From Paraspadella gotoi (taxonomy: Eukaryota > Animalia > Chaetognatha): DNA of 64,000 nt. The notes below the pieces were generated by a model. It was not told the DNA's origin. It worked only from the letters and a program-made list of their open reading frames with translations, and did no database searches. The stretch spans positions 166,330 to 230,329 of the forward strand of contig JBJCIZ010000040.1 in assembly GCA_051294375.1 (NCBI GenBank). Direction: 5' to 3'. A program made the translations under genes and the position numbers. The first letter of the stretch is position 1. The number at the start of each line of letters is the position of its first letter. This document shows, piece by piece, positions 13,471-25,317 of this stretch.

Positions 13471-15155
13471 CCATAGAATAACCCCCCATACAGAAAAGAG
13501 AGAATAGCAGATGGACTGCGAACCAACCCTACCCCCCCTACACTTTCTGCCCAGCCCGCCGTGCCTACGATGCCTACCCCTCCCTAAGCCTCCCCAACAC
13601 CCCCTGCCTACCGTGGAACAGATGACCCACAGGATCTCCAGCCCGCTCAAAACCGAAATCCCGCCATCTGGAAACGCCGGACAGAAGATTAGCGGTATGG
13701 ACCTGCTTCACACCCAACCCCATCCTCAAACCCCGTGCAGCGACTTTCCAGGCCACAGACCCTGACATGGTACCAGTCAGGACCGTTGGCGTTGCTGTGC
13801 CCAAGCGGCCGCTCCCCACGCTACACCTAAACCTCTTTTGTATTCCAATCCCAACACCCCCTCCCCCCCTCGCCTTGAACCAATACAATCAAGGTTGCTA
13901 ATCATCAGGACGACGGTCCAACGAGAACAAAATCTCATCAAATCCCCCCCCACCCAAAGTCCATGAAATGGGACAATACCTTCTTCCTCTTGGTTTTTTT
14001 TTCTTTTCTTTCATCCTTCACTTCCTTCCAACTACCTCACCCGAACCAGACCTCAACAGCAATACCATCTGCCTTAGCTCTCAGACCCTAGTTTCCCCAC
14101 CTCTAAGCCGCCCCTTCATACCCCTTATACTACCCCGCTTCCTTTCTACCAAACCACTAGATTTGTTTCTTCAAGAATAGGAGGATGCGAAAAAAAAAAA
14201 AAAAAAAATTACTTCAGAACACCCATGGTGTCTCACCTTTGGCCACCTTCTTTAGTCTAAAATCTCAACCTTTTCAACTCCCACCTTCATTTCACCCCAA
14301 TAAACTGTGGCATGAAATCATTGCTCTCCCTTGCTTTCCGTTCTTTATTTCCTATCCACCTCAAATAAAACCTCCGCGTTCTTTACTTATTATTCACCCT
14401 AAATAAAATCGCTGCGTCAAACCGTTCTCTTACCGTATTCCAAAACCGCTTCAAGCCGTTTTCACGTTGTTACCCAACTTTTATAAAAAAAATTTAAAAA
14501 AAAAAATATATATATTGCGAACAACAAAGAAATTCTTTTTTTAATAATGCGCGCACTACTTGCTAACTTGATCAAAAAAAAAAAAATTTGTCTTTCCAAA
14601 ACTTTCTTAATCACTTAAAACCTATCTGACTTCCCTTCCACTTCTGAACTTGTTTAACTAACCTCTCCCTATCCAATCTTCCCTTCTACAACCTACCTTT
14701 ACCTTCTTAATCTTAATATATTTGCCGATGTTTGCCTCGCCATGCATGTCCTTTTTCTTTCTCCCTAAACCCAAGACTGACCAATAGACTTGACTGACAC
14801 CCCCCCTACCAACCCCTCAACCCAGTGACTACAGGTCTCCTCAAAAGCTGAAACCCAACCACAACCCCGGTCTCATCAAAAGAAAAAGCAAGCCAAGCCC
14901 CAACCAGCCACTCCATCAGGAGCAAGCCCAACCTCACCTTCAACCCTTGCCACTGACTCGAGCAGCCCACTCAGCGCCTCTGGTCACCAACGCCCACTCT
15001 CCCATCTGGAAACTACCTCCCCACACCGCCAGCCTTGACTACCTCGAACTAGTCCCAGCACCAACCTTCACGCCTTCCAGCACCAACCAAGTCGCCCCAG
15101 GCCAGCCCCATCAGCAGCAGACGCCTGTCGCTCTCTCTCACGCTCATCCCGTAAA

Positions 15156-16211
15156 ATGCCAACCATCATCGCGGCAGTTCTCTTCCTGACCCTGACCATC
15201 TCAACGGACACTAGGCTGCTTGGCTTCGACTGTTACGACCCACGGAGCGAAATCGTCCTTACGCGGACCATCAAGGAATGGAAGCAAGATTACCCCACCA
15301 AATTCACTGCAACGGCCTTCAACGAAAGATTCCGGGCAGGGTGGAATGCCGACTGGATCTACTTCCACCTGCAACACGAAGGGTATCTTGTCCTCTCCGA
15401 GGTGGACCCAGGCGCACCACGCGGCCTGGTGGCCACAATGGTCAAAGGAAAAGGGGTCCTCCTCAAGTACCATGAAACCACAGTGGAACCAGTGATAGAT
15501 AGCAACACTTGCTATGAGGAAATGCTCGTCGAACTCTCCTCTGGCGCAAGACGATTTTTGACCAACACCTCGGCAATCCTAATCACCCATGGAAGGGCCA
15601 GAGACTGCAAAGAGAAGGAGGAACACAAGGAAACAACCATCGCCTTGGCCGCCGAGAGCCTGGACAACGCCATGCTGTCAAGGATGGCACTATCCACACT
15701 GACCGAGGGACTCTTCAAGGGAAAGTTTGATGAGGACATCACAAAACTCTTCAACCCCAAAACCGTCCTCAAGCTCATCGAACTCGAGGAGTACGAGTCG
15801 GACAGAGTGTTCAGTGGCCTTGCCACTCAAGTGAGGCTATTATGGCCCAAAATCACAGTTGCATACCTCACCATCTACGCCACCCTCGCCGCCATAATAG
15901 TCACGCTCGCCTTCTCTAGAGGCATAACTCCCGTAAAATGCCTAGCCCTCGTATTCTCAGTGTTCAAGATTTTCGTAGACTACCAAAAATTCCTCAAAGA
16001 AACCCAGCTGCAAAGAAAGGCGGCCCTCTATGAAGAAATCCCTATAGCCAAAGACTCACGACCTCAGCAACTCCCGGAAGAGATTATGGGGAACATCCTG
16101 GATTGCCTCAACAGCATCCTCACCAGGATCGAAGACATAGAAGAACGACTGGCTGACCTGGATGACCGACCACCACCAGGGCGTCGCCGCGTCAGAACGA
16201 CGCTCCTCTAA
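15156..16211 (+). CDS. env: env-like type I membrane protein, 351 aa, chuvirus-glycoprotein-like motifs
   Basis: Signal peptide MPTIIAAVLFLTLTIS, then LLGFDC and CYEEMLVELSSGARRFLTNTSAILITHGRARDC. TM segment ITVAYLTIYATLAAIIVTLAF and a coiled-coil tail. Lies downstream of IN on the same strand and is uninterrupted. Confidence 0.8.
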   Translation: MPTIIAAVLFLTLTISTDTRLLGFDCYDPRSEIVLTRTIKEWKQDYPTKFTATAFNERFRAGWNADWIYFHLQHEGYLVLSEVDPGAPRGLVATMVKGKGVLLKYHETTVEPVIDSNTCYEEMLVELSSGARRFLTNTSAILITHGRARDCKEKEEHKETTIALAAESLDNAMLSRMALSTLTEGLFKGKFDEDITKLFNPKTVLKLIELEEYESDRVFSGLATQVRLLWPKITVAYLTIYATLAAIIVTLAFSRGITPVKCLALVFSVFKIFVDYQKFLKETQLQRKAALYEEIPIAKDSRPQQLPEEIMGNILDCLNSILTRIEDIEERLADLDDRPPPGRRRVRTTLL

Positions 16212-16435
16212 GGCCCCAACAACCAACTTCCACACCTCTACACCGCAACATCAGCAACCCCACAGTGACTCAAACCTCTCGGAAGCACCTCTCCTCACCT
16301 CCTCCTTTCCTCCTCAGTGGCTTTCTCCCATCCCAGCTTTCGACAGCGATCCTAACTACCCCTCAGCAATGAATCCAGCAAACGAAGCCAACATCCTCAG
16401 CAGCAACACCACGGCCTCTCATCCACCATCAATCT

Positions 16436-16675
16436 CAGTGCTCCTCATTGTCTCATACCCCCAAACCCCCCAGTGCTTCTCATTGTTCCCATCACCCCAA
16501 ACCCCCCAGGCTTCTCATGGTTCCCATCACCCCCAAACCCCCCCAATGCTTCTCATTGTTCCCATCACCCCCCAAACCCCTCCAGTGCTTCTCATTGTTC
16601 CCATCACCCCCAAACCCCCCAGCGCTTCTCACTATTCCCCACCCCCCCAGTGCTTCCCACTGTTTCCCTCACCCC
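16436..16675 (+). repeat. ~37-bp tandem repeat in the 3' region of element 1
   Basis: About six units of CCCCAAACCCCCCAGTGCTTCTCATTGTTCCCATCA. Confidence 0.9.
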
Positions 16676-17075
16676 CTTTTTTTTTTCTTTTCTTTTTTTG
16701 CCCCGTACATGTCACTACCCTCTCAAACACCACAATTTCATTTAAATTTTCGATCCCCCATGTTCGTATAAAACATCAATGCGATGCCCTATCCTGATTA
16801 CTTTGAAAAGAAAACTAACCCAAAGCGTAGAGTGTCCTTTTTCCAGGGATGAAATAATTCTTTTATTTTTACGTCCAATGAGCTGATATTTTAACAAAAA
16901 ATAGTCTGAACGTAGGTCTATTGCCCATTGGGTTAAAATTTAAATCGGACAATTCTAAACCACCAAAAAAAATTTTAAAAGTTGCATAACTTGGTTATTT
17001 TATTCACTTTGTTAGTTCATCGGTCCTACAAAATATCGTTGGAAAATTCTTTTTATCATATCAAAACATTGAATT

Positions 17076-17309
17076 ATGAGAAAATATGCAAAGTTTGATT
17101 TTATTTTGCAACGAATTTTATTTTAAAAGAGCAGACATGTTTCGGCTCACAATACGAGCCTTCATCAGCGCACATGATGAAGGCTCGTATTGTGAGCCGA
17201 AACATGTCTGCTCTTTTAAAATAAAATTCGTTGCAAAATAAAATCAAACTTTGTTAATCTCGCAAACAACGAAAAAGAAAGGATAATTACCATGAGAAAA
17301 TATGCAAAA
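17076..17309 (+). mobile_element. Tiny Penelope-like remnant: pLTR 3' end with inverted copy (79-bp-arm palindrome), 17-bp TSD
   Basis: Arms are 17089-17167 and 17175-17253 around the loop GCGCACA. It contains a hammerhead core. The tail AAAAAGAAAGGATAATTA matches the other PLE ends. ATGAGAAAATATGCAAA occurs at 17076 and 17293. Confidence 0.8.
17134..17168 (-). ncRNA. Minimal hammerhead ribozyme (PLE type)
   Basis: Minus strand reads CTGATGA-AGGCTC..GAGCC-GAAAC-AT-GTC. Confidence 0.8.
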
Positions 17310-17502
17310 AAAAGATGTCCATCCGTCCGTCTATCCTTCCATCCGTTCGTCCATCCATCTGTCTGTCCCCAACTTAGTATTATACTCCAATTACTCGTGA
17401 TTGGATAAATGGATTGAAATTGGGTTAGAGAAGGCAACTAAGTGATTGAGCTGGATATAAATTTTCAATGGAATTGTACAAGAGGAAATGAGTTTAAATG
17501 GA

Positions 17503-18165
17503 AACAAGTTTGAGCAAACAATGTCGGATCTGCCCACAATCATTATCGGTAATTAATTAATTAATAATTAATCAATTCAAGTTAATTAAATGATTAATAA
17601 TTAATTAATTATTTATTTCAAGTTAATTAATTAGGCAATTAATTAATTAATTAGGCAATTGAATAATTAAATTGATCCGAAATGTTTGTTTTGATTGATT
17701 AATTGACTGATCAATTAATTATTGATTAATTAATTGACTAATTGATTAATTACCTAATTGATTATTTGTTTAATTAATACATCTTGCATTTAAATTTAAT
17801 ATAAAAAGAAAAAGAAGCATAATCAAGTAGTGAAACAGGCTTTTTGTTTTTTTCCATTTAAACTGATTTTCACTCAAACGATTCCATTGAAATTTGATTT
17901 CCAGCTTAATCACACACTTTCCTACCCACATACAAAACTTCATTCCAATCCATTCATCCAATCACGAGTAATTGGTGTTTTTTGCTAAGGACGGACGGAC
18001 AGACAGACGGAGATACAGTCAGACGGACAGACGGACGTCATTTTTTATTGCATAATTTATCATAATTCGATATTCTGACATGATATATGCGAATGCCCGA
18101 CAAGATTGAGGGGGCGGACCGACGGACCGACAAAGTGAATTATAGAGTCGTGTTCTGCTGATAAG
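17503..18165 (-). mobile_element. DINE-1-like Helentron-associated non-autonomous element
   Basis: Reverse complement of the 61203-62010 family, with terminus AACAAGTTTGAGCAAACAATGTCGGATCTGC and a (GACG/GACA)n microsatellite. Confidence 0.7.
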
Positions 18166-18169
18166 CAAA

Positions 18170-19560
18170 TGCCCGGACTGCAAGCCTCAAGACAGAATTT
18201 CTCTTCAGTAAAAATAAGTGTATTTGCTTCGCGGAACCAGTGTTTGTTTTTGAGATTTATCACAAGTTGGAAACAGAAAACTTAATCTGAAATGTTTAGT
18301 ATTTTGACGGTATCGGAAGAAAATCGTGAAGTTGTGAATTTGGTAATCAATATCTAGAATGATAAACTTCTGATTATGTACAACTCTATCAAAATTTTAC
18401 TAAAAAACCCAAAAAACAGATTTCGATGCGTTGAAGATCAAATTCAAGGAAACGCTAAAAGTAATGGAGATGGAACGACTCCCTGAATTGACTCCTGGAT
18501 GGGGGAATCGTTTCTCTGCCTATTCGCTGCTTCGTCTTCTAAAAATCGTCTTTCTCCTCGATGGAGAAAAGGAGTGGAGTCAATGCCGAAGTCGACGCTG
18601 CCTCTTAAAGATCAGCCATCTTTAACGAAGATGGCGACATGTTAGTTCTGCAGAAAAAGCCATCTCGTTAGTCAGTGCTATGGATTTCGACATTAAGAAA
18701 GTCTTTGTCTACAAAAAGTAGTGTTTTTGTTGCCTGAAGCCAGGACACACCGCTCAACACTGCCGCTGAGAGCGGCGATGCGCAGTCTGCGATGGAGCCC
18801 ACCACTCAGTGCTACACGATTGGCCTAAAAATACGACAACGCCGACCAGAAACATGCCCTGGACGTCGGCGATTAGAAATTTCGATTGGAAGAAAATGCC
18901 GAAGATGACGTCAGTGACATAAACGACTGTGCAAAAGGCACCAAATAACTAAAATGTTACCAATTGTTAAATTAAATTGTGTATAAGTATGGTATAATTT
19001 TTTTAAAATTTAAACACTATTTTTGGAGGAACCTTTGGCCACTCATTATTCGTACTATGTTTTATGACTTGAATTAAATTCAAATCTTGCTTATTTACAA
19101 ACAACGGATCATGAATACATCATGAATACATCATGAATACATCATAATTATGAGTCTTTTAGAAAACTATGTCGAGTTGACTTTCTTTTTCTGTCTCGCT
19201 TTTAAACAGTGATGTTTAACTTGTCGATTATTGAAACCTTCAGCGCGATTTTCATTTACTTTTAAATGCACTCGGCGGATTTAAGGTCATTTAGTTTAAA
19301 AATTGCCTTTTTTTACGGATGAGGGTGAAGAGAAACTCGCTTTGTGTCCCTCATTGGTCACTTTTTCTTTCTCTCAATCTTGGTCCATTTTTGATACTGG
19401 TTATTTTGTAAGTTTACCTTTAGTTATTTTATGACAGTATTTTCAGTCATATAAGAACCATTTTTTTTATTTATTTTGCTTGTCCAAAAACAGTTTTTAC
19501 GGTTTTTTGCTACTGGTTTTTGTCACAAATTGTCACACATTGCTACGTCTATGTTACCAA
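18170..19560 (+). mobile_element. Degenerate gag-only Bel/Pao-like element, relative of 40099-42776
   Basis: Knuckles CFCCLKPGHTAQHC and CAVCDGAHHSVLH at ~18720-18820. CA|GTAAAAA at ~18205. Purine tract GGATGAGGG then TG at ~19317-19331. Confidence 0.6.
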
Positions 19561-21499
19561 TAATAAACGTCTGGACTAGGTTTCTTAACCAATTAATGGT
19601 TATTAACCGTTAGCCATTAATCGGTTAACGGACCGTCGGTTAATCACCGATTAAAAATAATTTTAACTGATCAAATAATTTAGTAAAATTAACCGGTTAA
19701 TTTTAAAATTTACTAATTTGAACTTTTGTTTGCTTTAAGTACTATGGTTTTCCTTTGCAAGGCTGTTAACTATTTCTCAGAACTTTTCTCCCCTATTTTA
19801 AATTATATGTAAGTAATAAAAGTTAAAAATAATTTTTAATTTCAAACTTTGAATTTATTTTAATTAAAAAAAAAACACATGTTTCAACAAGGTTCTTAGC
19901 CTTCTTCAGAGCAAATTAAATAATAAAATTACAAATTAAATAATATATTGTGAAATTTCACAATATATGATAATGAGAGAGAGAGAGAGAGCTTTTTCTT
20001 CTTCTTATAATTTTACCATATTAAAAAAAATAAACTATCAACTATCAACTAACAACTATTCATTTATTTCAACGTTTATTATTTACCAATGTAGTTATTT
20101 ATTACTTTGTAGTTTTAAATTTTAATCACGTTACTGCTTACTTATTTACATTGCCTAAATGTATTTTACTGTACTAACTGAATTTCAATTTCATTGTAAT
20201 TTCCCCCTTTCAATCTAACTGACCTTAACATTCTCTCTTTTTTTTTCTCTCTCTCTCTTATTTTTTCTCTCTCTTTTTCTACCATTGTCTCGTTGAAAAA
20301 GGCTAACATTTTGCATAAAAAGAGCAAGGAAATGTCCCTCTTTAAACTAATTCACTTTACCACCTCCAACATTAGTTGATTTTTTTATATCTTGTTTTGT
20401 TTTTTGTTATTACAATTTTTTCTTTGATGAATTCCTATTCAATTCATTTTTCATTGAAAATGAAAAATATTTTTAGTTACTTATTATTATCATTATAATG
20501 ATAGTTTACAAATTAACCGATTTTAATGGTTAACTGGTTAAATTTTATAATTTGAACAATGTAGAAGACGAAGAATGTAATAATAAATATGAAGAGAGAG
20601 TGAAGAATTGTGACGATGTAAGAGAAGTAGAAAAGAAGTGAGACGAGCTCTCTCCTGATCCACTTTTATCATCGCCCGGACCAACTTGACCTTACGGTCT
20701 CCTCGGCCCTATTACTGTGTCCGGTCAATCTAAGGTCATTGCCAAAGCTAGGGCAAAGTGACCGTGTGGAATAGACCGGCTCGAAGAAAGAGGAGAGAGG
20801 AAGGGTTTAGAGAGAGACCGGTGGTAAGTCGCCTCAGAACTAATAATTGATGAAATCGCATAAAAATATTAAAACCTTTGGTGGATGTACTTAAACCAAA
20901 TTTTATTGCTATTTTGTTTTTAAAAATGCTCCTTTGTACAGCCATCTGGTTTATTAAGACTAAAACATGTAAAAATTTGATATTTCTTGTAAAGCAATGC
21001 AAGTGAATATCTACTGGGTGCAGACCGAAGAGAAAATTTGTATAGAAAGTAAAGGGAAAATGCCCATAGTAGAGAAAGTAAGATACAAATCCTAGTAGAA
21101 GAGAAAAAAAGTTGAGTAACCGGAAAAAAAAAGAAAAAAAAAAAGAAAAAAATTGTACAATTTCGGGGGGTTACTAAAGTGATTTACAACAAAGATTTTT
21201 TTCCAGTAACACTTACAGATATGCTTCTGCACCGTAGAGGCATCACCCAACTGGTTAAACTACCTGTCAGAAACTCAATGGGTAGATGGTATCTGCTGAG
21301 CCTAAATTTTTAATTTTAGACAGGGAATCCCTTCACTGTATGAACAAATTTAATTTGTCCTTCGGCCCAGGGTTATCTTAATTTCGCATGATGGAGCAAA
21401 AAAATACAGGGGAGGGAAAATTCCGAGGTTCAAGTAGAAATGCAACCACCGCCATCAACTGCCTCTCAGTCCTCACTTCTCCCCTTCTTAACTCTAGGA

Positions 21500-23523
21500 T
21501 TTGATGGCCCAGAGTTGCTGATTGCATGCTATAACTGCCATTTTGTGAGTTGAGAAGCATCAGCCGTAAACAACTTCTTATTGCATCTTTAACAGATGCT
21601 CTAAAATACCTCAATCATGACAAGATGGTATTTGTCATAACTTTAGTCAGCCAGATACTTGACCATAAAGGCAAATGCAGATGGGGAGAGCTTCAAACCC
21701 AACACCCTCTTCAGAGCTTACAGGACCCAAGGTTCAAAGACCTCAAAATCTTGCCAAAAGCCTCTGGGTTGAGAGGAGAAACCCTTATAAGGTGAAAGAA
21801 ATTTTTCAAGATGGACTTTTCCCTAAAATGAAGCAAGATGCCGACTAATTTGCTAGTGAAGTCGAGACCTAATATCTGGTATCTCAGAGGCAACTCTTCT
21901 ATCCAATATTCAAGGCTTTAAGATATTGGCACAACTTTGCATGGGCTTTCTTGGCTCGCTTAATGGCCATGGCACAATAGTTAACCTTGAAAAGTGCCCA
22001 TCAATCAACTCAATCGATAGCCTGAAGACTGCTTTAGATATATTGGAGGAATTTCTGAGAAGGGGTGAGGTGAAAGCCTCAGATCATGATGATTTGAATG
22101 AGCTTGGTTGGGAGCTTCAAAGGATGGCTAAGATTGCAGAGATCAATGGTGATTTCCTAAGAAGAATCATAGAGCGCCGCGTACCCTTTATCAGAGATTC
22201 CTGGAGATTCTCCAGTGGAGAAGATACCATCATAAGATGATAGTAAGGCTTTCAGGACTGCCAGTTTTGCCGCCTTTATCTCTTTTATACAGTATCGTGT
22301 TCAGGAGATGGAGTCACCCTTCTATCCAGAAAGGAGCAAAGGCTGGGGGTGACAAAGACAAGACTGCCTCTACTGTCAACATCGTCTAAAGCCAAGGGAT
22401 CTGAGGAGCTAGCAGACGAAAAGCCAAAGCAGCAAAAGTCAGAGAAGCAGAAGATGGGACATCCAACTCCACTGCTGAGAAGAAAGTGCCAAGCTGTCAG
22501 GCATGTGAGAAATTAGATTATTCTGTTGTAGATTGCTCCTTGTTTAAATTTAAACCTTGGTCTGAACGAGTTTCTCAGATGCAGAGCAGAAGTTGCTACA
22601 GATGTTTAAGACGTGAGCATTAGAGCGTAGTGAAAGTTACATACAAAAATTTTAAAAGTCAATTATGAACAACATAATATCAGAGAACAATAATTTGTAA
22701 AATAAAATTATTTTGTTTTTTTTAATTTTCACAGTAGTCTATAATTTTACTGAATAAATTAATAAATAAATAAATTAAAAATAAATAAAATAAATAAATA
22801 AGCTTTTCATTCTTTTGATTGCAAATTTAAATTTCTCGTCAAAAGTTGATAAAAGAAAGTGTAAATAATTTTTAAAAATTCTTTCATTAAGTGGGTTAAA
22901 AATTTAAAAAAACTATATTTAACATATAAAATTTTAATTTTCAACTTAAAATATAGGTTTTTCTGATATTTGACTAACTTAATGAAAGAATTTTTAAAAG
23001 AGAGTGATATTTCTTTATATCAATGTTTCATGATAAATCCAAATCTGCAAAGAAATTTTACAAAAAATTGGTTTGAAATTTTAACATTTATTAGATTAGT
23101 ACTATGTATAAATATGGCCTACTGCATAAATTGTAAAATTTATAATAAAAATTTTTTATACATATATGCTCATTAGTATAATGTTGTTAATTCCTCACTT
23201 TTAGAATTTTAATTAAAGTTACAATTATATTTTTTTTTTACTACGCTTTAGTGGGCATATGCAAATAGATTGTCGGGCCAAAGATGTGTATACTGTATAG
23301 TTCCTGCAACTCGGAGCAACACCGTACTTTACTCCATTGTGATGATGCCCTGCCATCACAAGTTTTCAGTGCAACAGCGCAGGTGACATCATCTCCAGCC
23401 TATCGTCCCATTGTTGCGTTATGGGTCAATAGTCCTGACAAGGTGATTGAAGTCTATGCTTTATTGGATTCGGGCAGTAATCGTACTTTGTGTAGAATTG
23501 ATTTTTTCATTGAACTGTGTTGA
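21500..23523 (+). pseudogene. Bel/Pao gag-protease fragments
   Basis: Degenerate knuckle CYRCLRREH at ~22595. Protease PIVALWV..VYALLDSGSNRT at 23400-23500. Confidence 0.6.
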
Positions 23524-23539
23524 ATTTACTTACTTCCAT

Positions 23540-25317
23540 CAGTATATAAGGTGATAGACAGACGCGGGTCTATTACCCCCTACTTCTCATTCACCTCCTC
23601 TTCATCCTCCTCCCAGGGATTCGGGGCAGCGTTCACGAGATTCAGTTCACTTTTCTCTCTTCTCCTACTCGTCTCTCTCCCTTTTTTTACCCTCATTTTT
23701 GTCTCCATATAGATTTTCCTTCTGTCAATATATTAGTTTCCCGCATTCTCGTCACTTTACTTCCGGTTAGGATACCTTTTCAGTGTGATGCCCAATTGTG
23801 TTGCTCGAACATCTAACCACAAAAAAAAAACCCCAGGATGTGCTCCACCGACTGATTTAGAAAACCGTAGAAACAAAAAATAAAAAGACCAAAAATGAAG
23901 AAAAAAAAGAAAAAAATCTGAAAACTTTTTTACAATTTTTTTAAAAATTAAAAGTAAAAAAAAAAACAAACAAAAAAACAAAAACGACTTTAAATTTGGA
24001 TTAAATTTTAATTTTTTCATACTAGTTTCCCCAACCCCAACTTTTTTGATAATAATAGAAATTTGTAAAAAGAAAGAAAAAGCAGATTAATAAAGTCCTA
24101 CTCCCACTCCCCACCCCCCCATCCCCCCAATCCCCCATCCTGAATCCCCAACACCAAACTTTATCAATTATGGCAGCAGTGTGAAACAACATGTTGTGAT
24201 TAATTGTGTGAAAAGTAAAAATATACTTAAAGAGAAAGTAAAGGCATCAAAGATGTCAAGATGGAGTTCTAGGAGCTTATGTAGCTTCTTCTACTATGGC
24301 AAAAAGACAACCTGAATGATTGGCAAGTTGATTGACAAGTTGACTATTGGCAAACTGACAGATTCTTATCTTAAAAGGCACTGTAGTGACAAAAGCATAA
24401 ACCTACTGTTTCAAATGCCTTCTTCCTCCAGCAATGAACGCTCATTTAAGGAAGAGTCAATATATAATTAGAACTAGAACAAGAAAATGAGAAAATGAAG
24501 TCTCGCCAAACAAATTGAAAAACGCGAAAAAAAACTCACTCTCCTCCTCCTAACTAATCAATTCTTCACCTCCTTGATGCTGGGAAAATCGCCATTGTAA
24601 TAATTCATGCCTCCTCAATAGTAGAAGTGACTTTTAGTAATCAAAACATGAAGTTGAACCTTAGACACTGTGAAATTGTAAATTACAATAATCATCAATA
24701 TCATCTAACAAATGAATTGAAACTAATCATAAATGTTAATCACCATGATATATCACCACTCCGACCCCATCGTCTGGTTTTCTAAGTTCTCCCCCTCAAC
24801 TATATCGCCAAATTATCACCACAATCAAATACAAACTTTAATCACCTTGCTTCAAATATCATCATCAACCCCACCTGTTTCTATTAAGACTGTGACCCCC
24901 CTTCAATTTTATTTGTTTTATATGATGACCTGTACCCCACACCCAAACCCATTCTTTTCTTTATCCCCTCCTCACATTCACAATTTCAGCACGGTTGGGC
25001 ACTCTCACTACGCACCACGTCACGTCTCACGCCATTCAAGGCCTGATACGCCATCTTGACCCAAGAGAGGGGCCCAGTATATAAGGTGATAGACAGACGC
25101 GGGTCTATTACCCCCTCCTTCTCATTCACCTCCTCTTCATCCTCCTCCCAGTGATTCGGGGCCGCGTTCACGAGATTCAGTTCACCTTTCTCTGTTCTCC
25201 TACTCGTCTCTCTCTCTTTTTTTACCCTCATTTTTGTCTCCGTATAGATTTTCCTTCCGTCAATATATTAGTTTCCCGCATTCTCGTCACTTTACTTCCG
25301 GTTAGGATACCTTTTCA
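23540..25317 (+). repeat. Pair of ~243-bp direct repeats (23540-23782, 25075-25317), LTR-like
   Basis: Near-identical copies start CAGTATATAAGG (TATA) and end CCTTTTCA. No recognisable coding domain lies between them. Confidence 0.65.

Larger units (their letters stand above)
5515..16800 (+). mobile_element. Ty3/Gypsy-type LTR retroelement with env-like third ORF (element 1); LTRs not resolved
   Basis: Order is gag (coiled coil, zinc knuckles), PR, RT, RH, IN, then a TM-protein ORF. Composition is C/A-rich and distinct from the flanks. Boundaries are approximate. Confidence 0.9.

Noticed and set aside
16162-16797. Fourth ORF of element 1
   Set aside because: Low-complexity, C-rich repeat sequence that is open in several frames; no domain signal.
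19877-19910. Additional hammerhead on the minus strand
   Set aside because: Stem II and the cleavage triplet are degenerate; at most a PLE relic.
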